Positions 16,627 to 27,396 of a DNA stretch of 64,000 nucleotides are shown here, one piece after another. Under the pieces are notes generated by a model. It saw only the letters and a program-made list of their open reading frames with translations, did no database searches and was not told the DNA's origin. The position numbers and the translations under genes are program-made. Every line of letters starts with the position of its first letter. The stretch's first letter is position 1. The stretch is from a virus: the IMG/VR virus record IMGVR_UViG_3300020162_001876, positions 1 to 64,000 of that record; one strand, written 5' to 3'.

Positions 16627-19600
16627 TGGAAATTACAAATATATCACAACTTGATTCAAATCAATTTGTAAATCAAGATTATAAAATAAATGATGAATCC
16701 TTACTAAATTCTTTAGATATTAGTAATGAATTTGGTCTGCCTGATGATAAAGTAGAAGTACATGTTGTATCTCCTAATGGGGATATATTAAATTCTATTT
16801 ATGATTTTAGAAATTATACTACTAGACAAACAGTCCAGGGGACATCTTTATACAATCAAATTGAATTAAATCCTAAAGTAGATTTAGAATCATTTGGAAT
16901 TAATCAAGGTCAATATGATATAACCTATTATTTTTACAGACCCTTATTTCTAAGTTCAGAAACTAATAAATTCTATATATCTGAAATTTCATCAGATAGA
17001 ACTGAAATTAAAATTTCTAATAATAATATATCATATACTGATTTAGGACAATCCTATTTAACTTTTATCACTGAAAGAAATTCAAAAGCTTACTACTCAG
17101 ATTTTATCTTAAATTTTGGTGATAATAAAACTTACATAGGGGTTAATGTAGCTTTTGATAATTCAAATGAAGCTTATGCTAATTTATATATTAAATTATA
17201 TGAGCCTTTACCTACCAATATTAAATTAAAAGATACATTTTGGATTGTAGAAAGTATTTCTGAGCCTTATGCTTTTAAAGTTGATACAACTTTTTTAGCA
17301 GAAGCCACACTTGATACTATATCTTTAAGAGGTCCAAATATTAATATTGAATTAGCTGAAAAAGCTAACTTAACTACACCTTATTTAAATTTATCAACAT
17401 TATTAAATTCTAATATTTCCTCTTCTTACCAACAATTACAATCTTGGTTAGATGAAAAAAGTATTGAAATAACAGTTGATTATACCGAATTTTATAATTT
17501 TATTCACTTTTCATCAGCGAAAGAAAGACTTGAGAATTTTAAATATAAATTAACTCAAATTCAATCTCTTCAATCAGATATTAATGCAATAAATAATTTA
17601 AGTGTTTCTTCTAGTATAACTTATACTTCGGCTAGTGTAATCAATTTACAAAATCAATTAGATACTCTTATTCAAAAATTTGATGGATACGAATATTTTC
17701 TATATTATGAATCTGGAAGTAATTCATGGCCTAAAATTAATTCAACTAAACCTTATATAAATTCTGCAGTTACAACATCAGCTGCTTTAACTTGGTTTGG
17801 TTCAATTGATTATACTTCACCATATTATGGAGGTAAAATTTTAGATGCTGATGATTATGATATTAATAATAAAAATTATGTTTGGAATAATTTACCTGAA
17901 TATATAAAAGCTGATTCTCAAAATGCTAACTTAGAGTTATTTACTTCTATGTTAGGTCAACATTATGACTATATTTGGACTTATATAAAAGATATTACTA
18001 ATTTACAAGTAGCTGATAATAGAATTAATTATGGTATTTCTAAAGATTTAGTAGCTGATACTTTAAGAAATTTTGGTATCAAACTTTATACTAATTCAAG
18101 AAATCAAGAAGATCTATATTTAACATTATTAGGAATTGATTCTAATAATAGTACTTTACCATCTACAGGTTCTTATCTAATTAATAATTATGTAACTGCA
18201 TCTCAATATACTATTCCTGATAATGATATCGTAAAAGAAACATATAAAAGGTTATATCACAATTTACCTTATTTACTTAAGACTCGTGGTACAAGAACAG
18301 GATTAAACGCTTTAATCAACTGTTTTGGTATCCCTGAAACTATTTTAAAAGTAAAAGAATATGGTGGTAATAAGAAAGATCAAGATATAATTGAACAATT
18401 TAATGAAAAGTTTAATTATAGTTTAAAATTAAATAATACTGCTAGTTTAGCTATACCATTTCAACCATCTTATAAACAATATTTAGATACAGGTTTTGAT
18501 AATGTTTATCCTGATACTTTTGAATTTAGATTTAAATTTGATAATACATCTTCATTAACTCAATCCCTTTTACAATCTCAAGATAATAGATTAAGTGTAG
18601 GTATAACTCCAAGTACTAGTTCATATGCTTCTTTATTTTTTAAAGTATCAGGAAGTGGAACTAATTTTATAACTTCTTCTCAAATTACTTTACCTTTCTA
18701 TAATAAGGATTGGTGGAATTTAAATATTACAAAACAATCAAGTAGTCTTAGTTTATTTCCTTCTTCTAGTATAAATCAACTTGTTAGTGATTTTCAAGCA
18801 CGAGTAATAGCAGATGGTGGAACTTTTGAATCTACTGTGTGTTTATTAAGTGATTTAAACTCATTAGTAACTCCAAATTTAACTCAAAATCAATATTATA
18901 CTATAACTGTTGGAAATAAAGATTCAAATGGTATTCAATATTTAACTTCTAGTTCACTTTTTATAACTGGAACCTTAACATCAAGTAATGCAGTATTCAA
19001 TTCTCCCAATACTTTCTATTTAGGTGGAACAACTGATCACCCATTTTCAGGCTCAATTCAAGAATTTAGATATTGGATTGATTCAATTCCTATATCAGAT
19101 TTTAAAGATCATATCCTAAACCCAAGATCTATTAGCTTTAACGGGGTAACAAGTTCTTATAATAATCTAATATTCAGATTACCTTTAGGTTCTGAATTAG
19201 ATAATACTATAACTGCTTCATTATTTTCAGTTCATCCTGCAGTAACAGCTTCATTTACAAGTGCTTCTATAACTTCTTCTAAAGCTGTTTTAAATAATTA
19301 TATTTCATCTTCATATAAAACTAATAATGAAACCTTTTTAGTTAATACTCCTAATATAGGAAGCATTACAGAAATAGATGAAAAAGTAAGAATAGCAGAT
19401 CCTAATTTAGTATCTGGAGATGTTTTAACTCCTTATATTTCAATACAAAAACCTGAAACTTTCCCTTATACTACAGATTTAAATATAGTTGAAGTAGCAA
19501 TTTCACCTCAAGATTCAATTAATGAAGATATTATAGCTCAATTAGGTAACTTTAACATAGATGAATACATTGGTGACCCAAGATTAGCATCATCAGGTTC

Positions 19601-22256
19601 ATACCCGGCTTTAAATGAGTTAAGGGATTTTTATTTCCAGAAATATTCTAAATCTCAAAATGTATTTGATTTAATAAAACTTTTATCTTACTTTGATAAT
19701 TCATTATTCAAAATGATAAAAGATTTTGTTCCTGCTAAAGCTAATTTATCAACAGGTATAGTAATTCAACCTCATATTTTAGAAAGAAATAAAACAGCAA
19801 GACAAGAACCTACACTAGAATTTGTTCAATTTAGTGGGTCTATAGAAGCAGCTTTCATAACTGGTTCTAATGGATTAGACACTGATTTGGACACTACTAA
19901 TACTATAACAACCCAATATCTATCAGGAAGTATAAATATAGTTAATACTGATAGAAGAGAATTATTTACAGGTGAATTAGGTGGAACAGAAATTATAGTT
20001 CATTCACAATCTTTAGAAAATATAGTTTATGAATATAATTCTATTTCTATATCTTCTTCTCAAGATGTAATAAATAATTTTTCAAGGTTACCTATTAATC
20101 CTGTTTTAAATAATGTTATAGGAGCTAGAACTTCTAATCGTTATTTAGATATAGATTACTCTTATAACCCTATAATACCTGTTAATTTTAATTTCTTAAC
20201 ATCTAGTTTATTTTTAAATTTAAGAACAAATGCTTTCCCTTTCTTAAATTCTACTGTACAAGATAGTAATTATACTTTACATAGACATATAACTCCTAGA
20301 TATTTAGGTAGTAAAAATATATCAGCTGCTTATAATATATTTACTCCAGGAGATAGTTCATATGGTTCAGAAGCTACTATTGATTATAATAATGTTAAAT
20401 TTGCTTATTTTAATGAATTAACATCTCAATCTTTAACATTCCCTGGTAGAACTAATGTTAATATTAAATATCTAATTGATAGTTCTTCTAATGTAATAGA
20501 ATTAACAGAGGCTAATAAGAATGTATTTGATGTTCAAAATATCTTTAATAAAACTAAAGCTAATATAGCATTAGAAAATATTAATCAACCTTCAAAACAA
20601 AAACGTATAAATGGATTAAAACCTATATATGCTGGAGGATTTAGATATGAACCTATTTTACAAAACTATTCATTAAGTGGAACAACACAAGCCTCTTTAA
20701 ATTTTAATTTAGAAAACGAAATAACATCATCAAATCCTGCATCAGGTTCATTAATAACATCTTCAGTAACTAATTTTATAGAAATAGGAGCACCTTCATT
20801 AATAACACCTATTACATTATCTCCTCCTTTAAACACTGATGGTTCTTCTATATCAGCAATTTTAAATTCAGGAATACAATTTGATGTAACTAGAAGGTTT
20901 GCTTCAAATGATACTATATACCAAAGAATAACAGGTCAAATAGAAGTGACTGTGAGTATATCCCCTCCAGGAAATCAAGCAATGTTATTATGGAGGGATA
21001 GTGGTCAAGGTCCATATTCAATCGCAATACCTTTTCCTCATCAAAGTGTAGATAATCTAACCCAAACTAATGGAACAGTAATTAATATGTGGGAAGATAT
21101 AAGATATATGACATTACCCGCAGGTTATATATCTATTAGTGATTATGGTCGAGGTGTAATTAGAAATTATATAGGCCCTTTAAATTTCTATCAACTCCCA
21201 GACTATAATTTCAATGATGGGATTGGTTGGATGGAAGTTAAATCCACAGGTACTGAAGCTATTTTTAATTTAACTAATGAGTTAAACTCATTTGGTTCAT
21301 TTACTTTTAATACAGGTTCAGGTGGTCCTTTCCCTATTGAATTTAATGATAATTTATCAATAACTGCTACTTTTCAAATTGACGGTTATATTGAATTGCC
21401 TCCTAATCAAGGAGAAGTGAATGGAACATCTATACCTTTAACTTTAAAACCCTTAAATGGTTCAGAAGGAGTTATTAGAACTACTTTTATTTTTAACCGA
21501 ACTAATACTAGCTCTAATATAAGATTTACACAAAATCCATCAGTTGATTTAGGTATAGGTGCTTTAGGTGAAAATTATATCTTAACAGACGCTCCTAATT
21601 TAATATATACAACTGTAATTATAGACAATGGGTACAAATCAGGCTCAGTAAGTGATGATAATTGGTATTTTGAAAGAGGTGCAAATGAGTATAATAAATT
21701 TACTCAATTAACTGCTTCATATGATTTATCTACTTTATATTCAAAATATGTTTCTTCACCTGTAGGGGAAGTAAATTATTTTACTCAAACTTTACCAACT
21801 GAGTCTATAAATGTTTATGGATTTCAAGAAATAAATGAAATTTTTAACCCTAAACCTGGAGATTTAATTAGATTTTATAATCATGAAGCTAATAAATATC
21901 CATTTACATCTGATTTTGAAAAAGAAATTATTAAAATAATACCACCACAAGGACCTATAGGCTCAGGCTCTTTCGGTACAGGTTCTTACGCTAATCGTTT
22001 AGTAATAGAGGTATTAGGAGATGATATACCTAATATATCCTGTATAAATAAAAACTCACTTCCAGGAGAAATAGGAAAAATTTTAAATTTCATTATAATG
22101 AGTAAAATACCTGACGAAACCAATATAATAATAATAGGTGAAAAAAATAACGGACAAACCTCAGGAGGAATTGTATTACCAGAAAATATAAATAATAATT
22201 TAAAAGAAGAAGCAGGTAATGTAGTTAAGAATTTAAAATCACAAAATTTAATTTAA
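16626..22256 (+). CDS. Giant baseplate protein (gp7-like wedge region plus LamG-like domain)
   Basis: NNLPEYIK and NLPYLLKTRGTRTGLNALINCFG wedge-type motifs; FYLGG...FSGSIQEFRYW LamG-like motif. Confidence 0.7.
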   Translation: MEITNISQLDSNQFVNQDYKINDESLLNSLDISNEFGLPDDKVEVHVVSPNGDILNSIYDFRNYTTRQTVQGTSLYNQIELNPKVDLESFGINQGQYDITYYFYRPLFLSSETNKFYISEISSDRTEIKISNNNISYTDLGQSYLTFITERNSKAYYSDFILNFGDNKTYIGVNVAFDNSNEAYANLYIKLYEPLPTNIKLKDTFWIVESISEPYAFKVDTTFLAEATLDTISLRGPNINIELAEKANLTTPYLNLSTLLNSNISSSYQQLQSWLDEKSIEITVDYTEFYNFIHFSSAKERLENFKYKLTQIQSLQSDINAINNLSVSSSITYTSASVINLQNQLDTLIQKFDGYEYFLYYESGSNSWPKINSTKPYINSAVTTSAALTWFGSIDYTSPYYGGKILDADDYDINNKNYVWNNLPEYIKADSQNANLELFTSMLGQHYDYIWTYIKDITNLQVADNRINYGISKDLVADTLRNFGIKLYTNSRNQEDLYLTLLGIDSNNSTLPSTGSYLINNYVTASQYTIPDNDIVKETYKRLYHNLPYLLKTRGTRTGLNALINCFGIPETILKVKEYGGNKKDQDIIEQFNEKFNYSLKLNNTASLAIPFQPSYKQYLDTGFDNVYPDTFEFRFKFDNTSSLTQSLLQSQDNRLSVGITPSTSSYASLFFKVSGSGTNFITSSQITLPFYNKDWWNLNITKQSSSLSLFPSSSINQLVSDFQARVIADGGTFESTVCLLSDLNSLVTPNLTQNQYYTITVGNKDSNGIQYLTSSSLFITGTLTSSNAVFNSPNTFYLGGTTDHPFSGSIQEFRYWIDSIPISDFKDHILNPRSISFNGVTSSYNNLIFRLPLGSELDNTITASLFSVHPAVTASFTSASITSSKAVLNNYISSSYKTNNETFLVNTPNIGSITEIDEKVRIADPNLVSGDVLTPYISIQKPETFPYTTDLNIVEVAISPQDSINEDIIAQLGNFNIDEYIGDPRLASSGSYPALNELRDFYFQKYSKSQNVFDLIKLLSYFDNSLFKMIKDFVPAKANLSTGIVIQPHILERNKTARQEPTLEFVQFSGSIEAAFITGSNGLDTDLDTTNTITTQYLSGSINIVNTDRRELFTGELGGTEIIVHSQSLENIVYEYNSISISSSQDVINNFSRLPINPVLNNVIGARTSNRYLDIDYSYNPIIPVNFNFLTSSLFLNLRTNAFPFLNSTVQDSNYTLHRHITPRYLGSKNISAAYNIFTPGDSSYGSEATIDYNNVKFAYFNELTSQSLTFPGRTNVNIKYLIDSSSNVIELTEANKNVFDVQNIFNKTKANIALENINQPSKQKRINGLKPIYAGGFRYEPILQNYSLSGTTQASLNFNLENEITSSNPASGSLITSSVTNFIEIGAPSLITPITLSPPLNTDGSSISAILNSGIQFDVTRRFASNDTIYQRITGQIEVTVSISPPGNQAMLLWRDSGQGPYSIAIPFPHQSVDNLTQTNGTVINMWEDIRYMTLPAGYISISDYGRGVIRNYIGPLNFYQLPDYNFNDGIGWMEVKSTGTEAIFNLTNELNSFGSFTFNTGSGGPFPIEFNDNLSITATFQIDGYIELPPNQGEVNGTSIPLTLKPLNGSEGVIRTTFIFNRTNTSSNIRFTQNPSVDLGIGALGENYILTDAPNLIYTTVIIDNGYKSGSVSDDNWYFERGANEYNKFTQLTASYDLSTLYSKYVSSPVGEVNYFTQTLPTESINVYGFQEINEIFNPKPGDLIRFYNHEANKYPFTSDFEKEIIKIIPPQGPIGSGSFGTGSYANRLVIEVLGDDIPNISCINKNSLPGEIGKILNFIIMSKIPDETNIIIIGEKNNGQTSGGIVLPENINNNLKEEAGNVVKNLKSQNLI

Positions 22257-22303
22257 AAAATAAAAAATACATATATTTATAATTAGTAATTACAAAAATA
22301 AAA

Positions 22304-22963
22304 ATGGGATATTTAAATAATACAACAGTAACAGTTGATGCCATCCTTACTAAAAAAGGAAGAGAACTATTAGCAAAAAATGATGGTTCATTTAGAATCA
22401 CACAATTCGCTTTATCAGATGATGAAATAGATTACACTTTATATAATCCAAACCATCCATCAGGTTCAGCATTTTACGGTGAAGCTATTGAAGCTATGCC
22501 TATAATAGAGGCATTTCCTGATGAAACTCAAATTATGAAGTATAAGTTAATAACTTTACCTAGAGGAACAGCTAAATTACCTGTGTTGGATATAGGATAT
22601 TCATCTATTACTTTAAAACAAGGAGCTACATTAGCTATTACACCTCAAACTTTAAACTATTTAGGAGCTTCAACAGCGTTTGAATCTTCAGGATATACTG
22701 CTACAATCGGAGATTCTAGATTATTATCAACTTTTAATGGAGTAGGTATTAATACTACTGAAGTTCAAGCTTTAAATTCATCAACAACTATAGGTACTAA
22801 TGTTTCTAGAACTGTAATTGGTTCAACTATAAACTTAACAGCTACTACTGTTAATACTTTATTTGGTACAAGAACATCTTTAAGTACTATTTTAACTTTA
22901 ACAGGTAGAGATTCAGGTGCAAGAATAACAGTACCTGTAACAATAACAAAAGTAACTAGCTAA
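22304..22963 (+). CDS. Virion structural protein (baseplate region)
   Basis: VDAILTKKGRELLA...ITQFALSDDEIDY; late motif upstream. Confidence 0.7.
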   Translation: MGYLNNTTVTVDAILTKKGRELLAKNDGSFRITQFALSDDEIDYTLYNPNHPSGSAFYGEAIEAMPIIEAFPDETQIMKYKLITLPRGTAKLPVLDIGYSSITLKQGATLAITPQTLNYLGASTAFESSGYTATIGDSRLLSTFNGVGINTTEVQALNSSTTIGTNVSRTVIGSTINLTATTVNTLFGTRTSLSTILTLTGRDSGARITVPVTITKVTS

Positions 22964-22975
22964 TAAAAAACTAAT

Positions 22976-24019
22976 ATGAGCTTTATATCATTTAACGCTG
23001 AAGATTTTGTAGTAAGTGCTGATTCTATAACTTCTATATTATGGAGTAATAATCAAACTACTCTATCTAATTTTTTCACATCACCAACCTCTATAAACAA
23101 TAATGCTTATTTACAAGTATATGCTGAAAATCCTACCACTAACCCTACAGCCTTGCCTCAATTTTCAATTGCTTATGGGCAGGTAAACGGTTCAGGTTCA
23201 GTCCCTATTAATTCTTCTGTCGCAGGTTTATCCCCAACAAGAATTACTTATGGTCAATATAGAACCTTAGTTAATGGAGATGAAAATACAAATTTTAATT
23301 TTGGAGCTGGTAATACTAATTCTCCTGATTTTTATGTTCTTAACATAGGTAGAGCTAATTATAAAGAAAAATTATTCCTTGGTACTTTCAATTTAACCTT
23401 ATCAGGTTCTGATGGTACTAATCAATCTTTAATTCAATTGACTGATAACAGCACTCAAGTAACTACTTTAAATTATTGTGATGCTGGTAGAGTATTTGAC
23501 ATAGTAAGTGGTTCTAACGGTGCTTCAACTACATCAATCATAGCATCTAGTTCTGCGGCTGGATATACAGTATCAGGATCATATGGTAAATTCTTACCAG
23601 ATGTAGGTTTAATTATATTAAATGCTAGAGCTTTATCATTATCTGCGAGTTTTGGAGGTATAGGATTAATCCCAGGAACTGGAAATAATTCTACTACTTT
23701 AGGTAATACTAATTTGGGATTATTTAATGCTATTAATAATGGAAAATATTTTTCATTAAATAGTGAAGAAACTATAACTTCTGATTATATATTTGTTAGA
23801 ATCAAAAATAATGATTTTAACTATACTACTAACCCATCTATGATTAGTGGTAGTGGAGAATTTTATTATCCTTCATTAGTTAACAACCCTGAGACTTTTA
23901 TTACTACAGTTGGATTATATAATGATAATAATGAATTATTAGCTGTAGCTAAATTATCAAAACCCTTATCAAAGAATTTTACAAAAGAAGCTCTTGTTAG
24001 AGTTAAATTAGATTTTTAA
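22976..24019 (+). CDS. Baseplate/fibre-attachment protein with C-terminal collar-like domain
   Basis: ITTVGLYNDNNELLAVAKLSKP. Confidence 0.7.
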   Translation: MSFISFNAEDFVVSADSITSILWSNNQTTLSNFFTSPTSINNNAYLQVYAENPTTNPTALPQFSIAYGQVNGSGSVPINSSVAGLSPTRITYGQYRTLVNGDENTNFNFGAGNTNSPDFYVLNIGRANYKEKLFLGTFNLTLSGSDGTNQSLIQLTDNSTQVTTLNYCDAGRVFDIVSGSNGASTTSIIASSSAAGYTVSGSYGKFLPDVGLIILNARALSLSASFGGIGLIPGTGNNSTTLGNTNLGLFNAINNGKYFSLNSEETITSDYIFVRIKNNDFNYTTNPSMISGSGEFYYPSLVNNPETFITTVGLYNDNNELLAVAKLSKPLSKNFTKEALVRVKLDF

Positions 24020-24022
24020 TGA

Positions 24023-26053
24023 ATGAGTTTTTCATATAAAACATTAAGTTCAAATGATATTACTTTAACCTCCTATATAGCTAATAAGCAATGGGAGGTT
24101 AATAGTTTATCTTTATCGGAAAATGGTATTAAAATTTATATAGGAGAGAACATACCAATCACTTCTATTTCACCTTTTAATCCTACTAATGATACTGAAA
24201 CTACAAATGAGGAATATAGAAGACTAATATTTTCTTCTATACAACACCTTTTCTATAAAAACTATATATCAGGTTCCAACACAGGCTCATTTTTTAAATC
24301 ATCTTCATACATTAATTATGAACAATCTACTTTATCATCAGGTTCTTCATTATTAACTACTTTAAGATATTTACCTCAAAAAACAGGCAGTAGTAATCCT
24401 AATTTTTCATCTTATGATGAAGGTATAATCTATGATGGAGGTGGTTTATACGATGATACTTCGTATGACGGGGATAGAGGTAGTAAAATAGCAGTTATAT
24501 CAATTGACCAAAATATATTTGGCTCCGGGTTATCCCCTAATTCTGTATTTATGTCAAGTTCTACTTATTATTTAAGGGATGATGGTGAAGGAAATTTCTT
24601 TGATTATTATAATGAAGAAAATTATCTTAACCCTATTTCTTCATCTTTAATAGGTAATGTTTTTTATTCTTTTGGTTTAATAGTTATAACTAATGAAAAT
24701 TATTTATGTTCTTTAAATTTACCACCAACAGCTGTAAATGATTATTTTTCTAGCTTAAATTTAGATACACCAAAAATATTTGATATATTAGGAAACGATT
24801 ATTCAGATTGTGGTAATATACTTTTTGATAGTTTTACTACCCATTCTATAGAAGGATATACATTTCCAACTTTCACTTATGATAATGGATTTATAACTAT
24901 ATTAAACGAACAATCTAATTATATACCAGGAGAATATAAAATAGGATATACCATATTAAATAATAATTTAGTATCTAGTAATACTGCTTCTATAAATTTA
25001 AATATTACTTCAAATCCATTACAAATAGAAAATATAATAACTCAATCAGCTTGTTTTAATTCTACAGCTAGTTTACCTGTTACATTCTCTATAAATTATG
25101 GGGTACCTTATTATAGTTACTCTTTAAATGAAGGTAATACTTGGACAGGCTCTTTAAATCTATTTAATGTAATTGTAAGTGGAAGTATGACTTCTTCTTT
25201 TAATAATAAAATTTATGTGAAGGATTATTTAGGGGATATAGTAACTCAATCCTTTTCATCAAAATACCCTGAAGTAACTGCTAACATAGAAATACAAAAA
25301 CAACCATGTTCAATGGCTTCTAACGGTATAATTTATATATCAGGGGGTACAGCAATATCCGCCTCAGTTAATAATACTAGTTCAGCTTTACCTGCTACCT
25401 TTACAGGGATAGGGAGTACTTCTTACACTATAGGTTTAACAAGTAGTTTTGGATGTACTACTAGTTCAATTTTATCTGTAAATACAGCTATACCTTTAAC
25501 AGGTAGTGTTACTCAATCTAATGTAACTTGTTATAGTGGTTCAAATGGTTCTCTAATTGTTAACATTACTAATATAATTGATGAAGGGTTAACAGTATAT
25601 TTAAGTAAACCCGGACAAAGTATTTATAATAATATTCCTTTAGCTAATTTTGTTAATAATAGTATAACTGCTTCAAACTTATCAACTGGAAGTTATACAT
25701 TACAAATTAGTAATAATAATTTAAATGATTGCCAAAGCTTCTATCAAATAATTAATATAACTCAACCTAATCCAATATTATTTAATGTTACAGCCTCATA
25801 CATAAATTCATGTTCAAATCAAATAATATTTAATGCAACTGGAGGAAATGGTACTTACACATATTATGCTGTTAATACTAGTTCAAATGCGCAATACTCA
25901 TCAACAACTTCTCCATTAGACTTAGGTTCAACTAATGATGGAACATTTTCAACATTTGTTATAGATAGCAACAATTGTGTTTCTACTTCTTCTTTACTAA
26001 ATGTATATGGAAGAACTTATATTTATAGTGGATCAAGTTGTGAAAATAATTAA
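24023..26053 (+). CDS. Tail appendage protein with Ig-like and SprB-like repeats
   Basis: PPTAVND...DILGND (Ig-like); NVTCYSGSNGSL, ATGGNGTYTY and VIDSNNC (SprB-like). Confidence 0.7.
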   Translation: MSFSYKTLSSNDITLTSYIANKQWEVNSLSLSENGIKIYIGENIPITSISPFNPTNDTETTNEEYRRLIFSSIQHLFYKNYISGSNTGSFFKSSSYINYEQSTLSSGSSLLTTLRYLPQKTGSSNPNFSSYDEGIIYDGGGLYDDTSYDGDRGSKIAVISIDQNIFGSGLSPNSVFMSSSTYYLRDDGEGNFFDYYNEENYLNPISSSLIGNVFYSFGLIVITNENYLCSLNLPPTAVNDYFSSLNLDTPKIFDILGNDYSDCGNILFDSFTTHSIEGYTFPTFTYDNGFITILNEQSNYIPGEYKIGYTILNNNLVSSNTASINLNITSNPLQIENIITQSACFNSTASLPVTFSINYGVPYYSYSLNEGNTWTGSLNLFNVIVSGSMTSSFNNKIYVKDYLGDIVTQSFSSKYPEVTANIEIQKQPCSMASNGIIYISGGTAISASVNNTSSALPATFTGIGSTSYTIGLTSSFGCTTSSILSVNTAIPLTGSVTQSNVTCYSGSNGSLIVNITNIIDEGLTVYLSKPGQSIYNNIPLANFVNNSITASNLSTGSYTLQISNNNLNDCQSFYQIINITQPNPILFNVTASYINSCSNQIIFNATGGNGTYTYYAVNTSSNAQYSSTTSPLDLGSTNDGTFSTFVIDSNNCVSTSSLLNVYGRTYIYSGSSCENN

Positions 26054-26055
26054 AA

Positions 26056-27075
26056 ATGGCTAATACAGGATACTTAACTAGTTCAGGAATACAACAAGTT
26101 TTTACTACAGGACCTTTATCAGGTTCTGTAGTGACTTCAAGTTATTCAGTAGGTTCAACATTTTTTGGCCCTACAGTAAATTTTAAACAATCTTTTATAT
26201 CGGGTACTGTAGATTATATTTACCCATGTAATGATATCCCTCAAATATTTTACAGATATTATTTAAACCCATTATGCGCTTCATGTATAACACCTATATT
26301 ATATTCAGGAACAACTCCTTGTGAAGATTTACTTTATGATTTTACTTACACAATTGATAGAGGTATAGTTAATGCTTCAGACTCACCTTACACTGTAATT
26401 TATTATAGCACTTCACCAACTTTTACTTCTAATACGGGTTCATATATAAATAATAATAGTATTAATAGTAGCAGCATCAGTATTAATGTAAGTAGTAGTT
26501 TAACCTCACCAGTTCCTAGTCGTATAACCCCTATATATTTTAAAGCTTTTAACAGTTGTAGTGCTGTTTTATCATCTTCATTTTCAAATACTTTAATAGT
26601 ATCATGTAGTAAATATACTCCGTCTCCTACTAGTTCATATGAACCTTTTATATTAAAAATAAAAAATAGCTTTTTAAATTCTGGAACTTCTATTCAATAT
26701 ATTCATGATGGCTCTACTTACAACTTAGCAACTAACGCTTCATCTAGTATATATATCTATCAAGAAACCACTCCAACAGTATCAGTTAAAATTTTAGGAT
26801 TAAGAAGTTCTCTTGCTAATAATATAACAACAATAACTAAAGAAAATGGTTCTATAGAAGGTATAGTTTCAACTGTTATTAAAGATTCAACAGGTGCTAT
26901 ACGTAATGATGGGGGAAATACAACCATATATCCAACAGAAGCTTTAATAGATGTAGATAATATTAACTCTACTGTAGATTTAACAATTGATATTGATAGA
27001 GATACATTTACTGATCCTGGAACAGTGTTAGTGAATATAACAAATGCAGCACCTCCTATTTTTGAATTTGAATAA
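26056..27075 (+). CDS. Ser/Thr/Cys-rich beta-structured virion protein
   Basis: Composition and position; IYFKAFNSC resembles an FN3 strand. Confidence 0.65.
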   Translation: MANTGYLTSSGIQQVFTTGPLSGSVVTSSYSVGSTFFGPTVNFKQSFISGTVDYIYPCNDIPQIFYRYYLNPLCASCITPILYSGTTPCEDLLYDFTYTIDRGIVNASDSPYTVIYYSTSPTFTSNTGSYINNNSINSSSISINVSSSLTSPVPSRITPIYFKAFNSCSAVLSSSFSNTLIVSCSKYTPSPTSSYEPFILKIKNSFLNSGTSIQYIHDGSTYNLATNASSSIYIYQETTPTVSVKILGLRSSLANNITTITKENGSIEGIVSTVIKDSTGAIRNDGGNTTIYPTEALIDVDNINSTVDLTIDIDRDTFTDPGTVLVNITNAAPPIFEFE

Positions 27076-27097
27076 ATTTTAATTAAAAATAAATAAT

Positions 27098-27385
27098 ATG
27101 ACTAATAGTATTATAGGATTTAAAAGTGAATATATAATTTATGAAAACGAAATCCGTTGTAAAATAGGAGAAAATGATTTTAATATGTCTACTAATCCTA
27201 CTATAACAACTGATAATTCGGGTTCATTAAGGGATTTTGCTACTAGTTCATTCTTTGCTCCCTATGTTACAACTGTAGGTCTATATAATGAAAGAAATGA
27301 ATTGTTAGTAGTAGCTAAATTAGCTAAACCCTTATCCCTGTCTTCAGTAGCAGATACAACAATAGTAGTAAAATATGATATTTAA
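27098..27385 (+). CDS. Stand-alone collar-like domain, paralogous to the C-terminus of 22976-24019
   Basis: ENDFNMSTNPT...PYVTTVGLYNERNELLVVAKLAKP. Confidence 0.8.
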   Translation: MTNSIIGFKSEYIIYENEIRCKIGENDFNMSTNPTITTDNSGSLRDFATSSFFAPYVTTVGLYNERNELLVVAKLAKPLSLSSVADTTIVVKYDI

Positions 27386-27396
27386 AAACAAAAATT

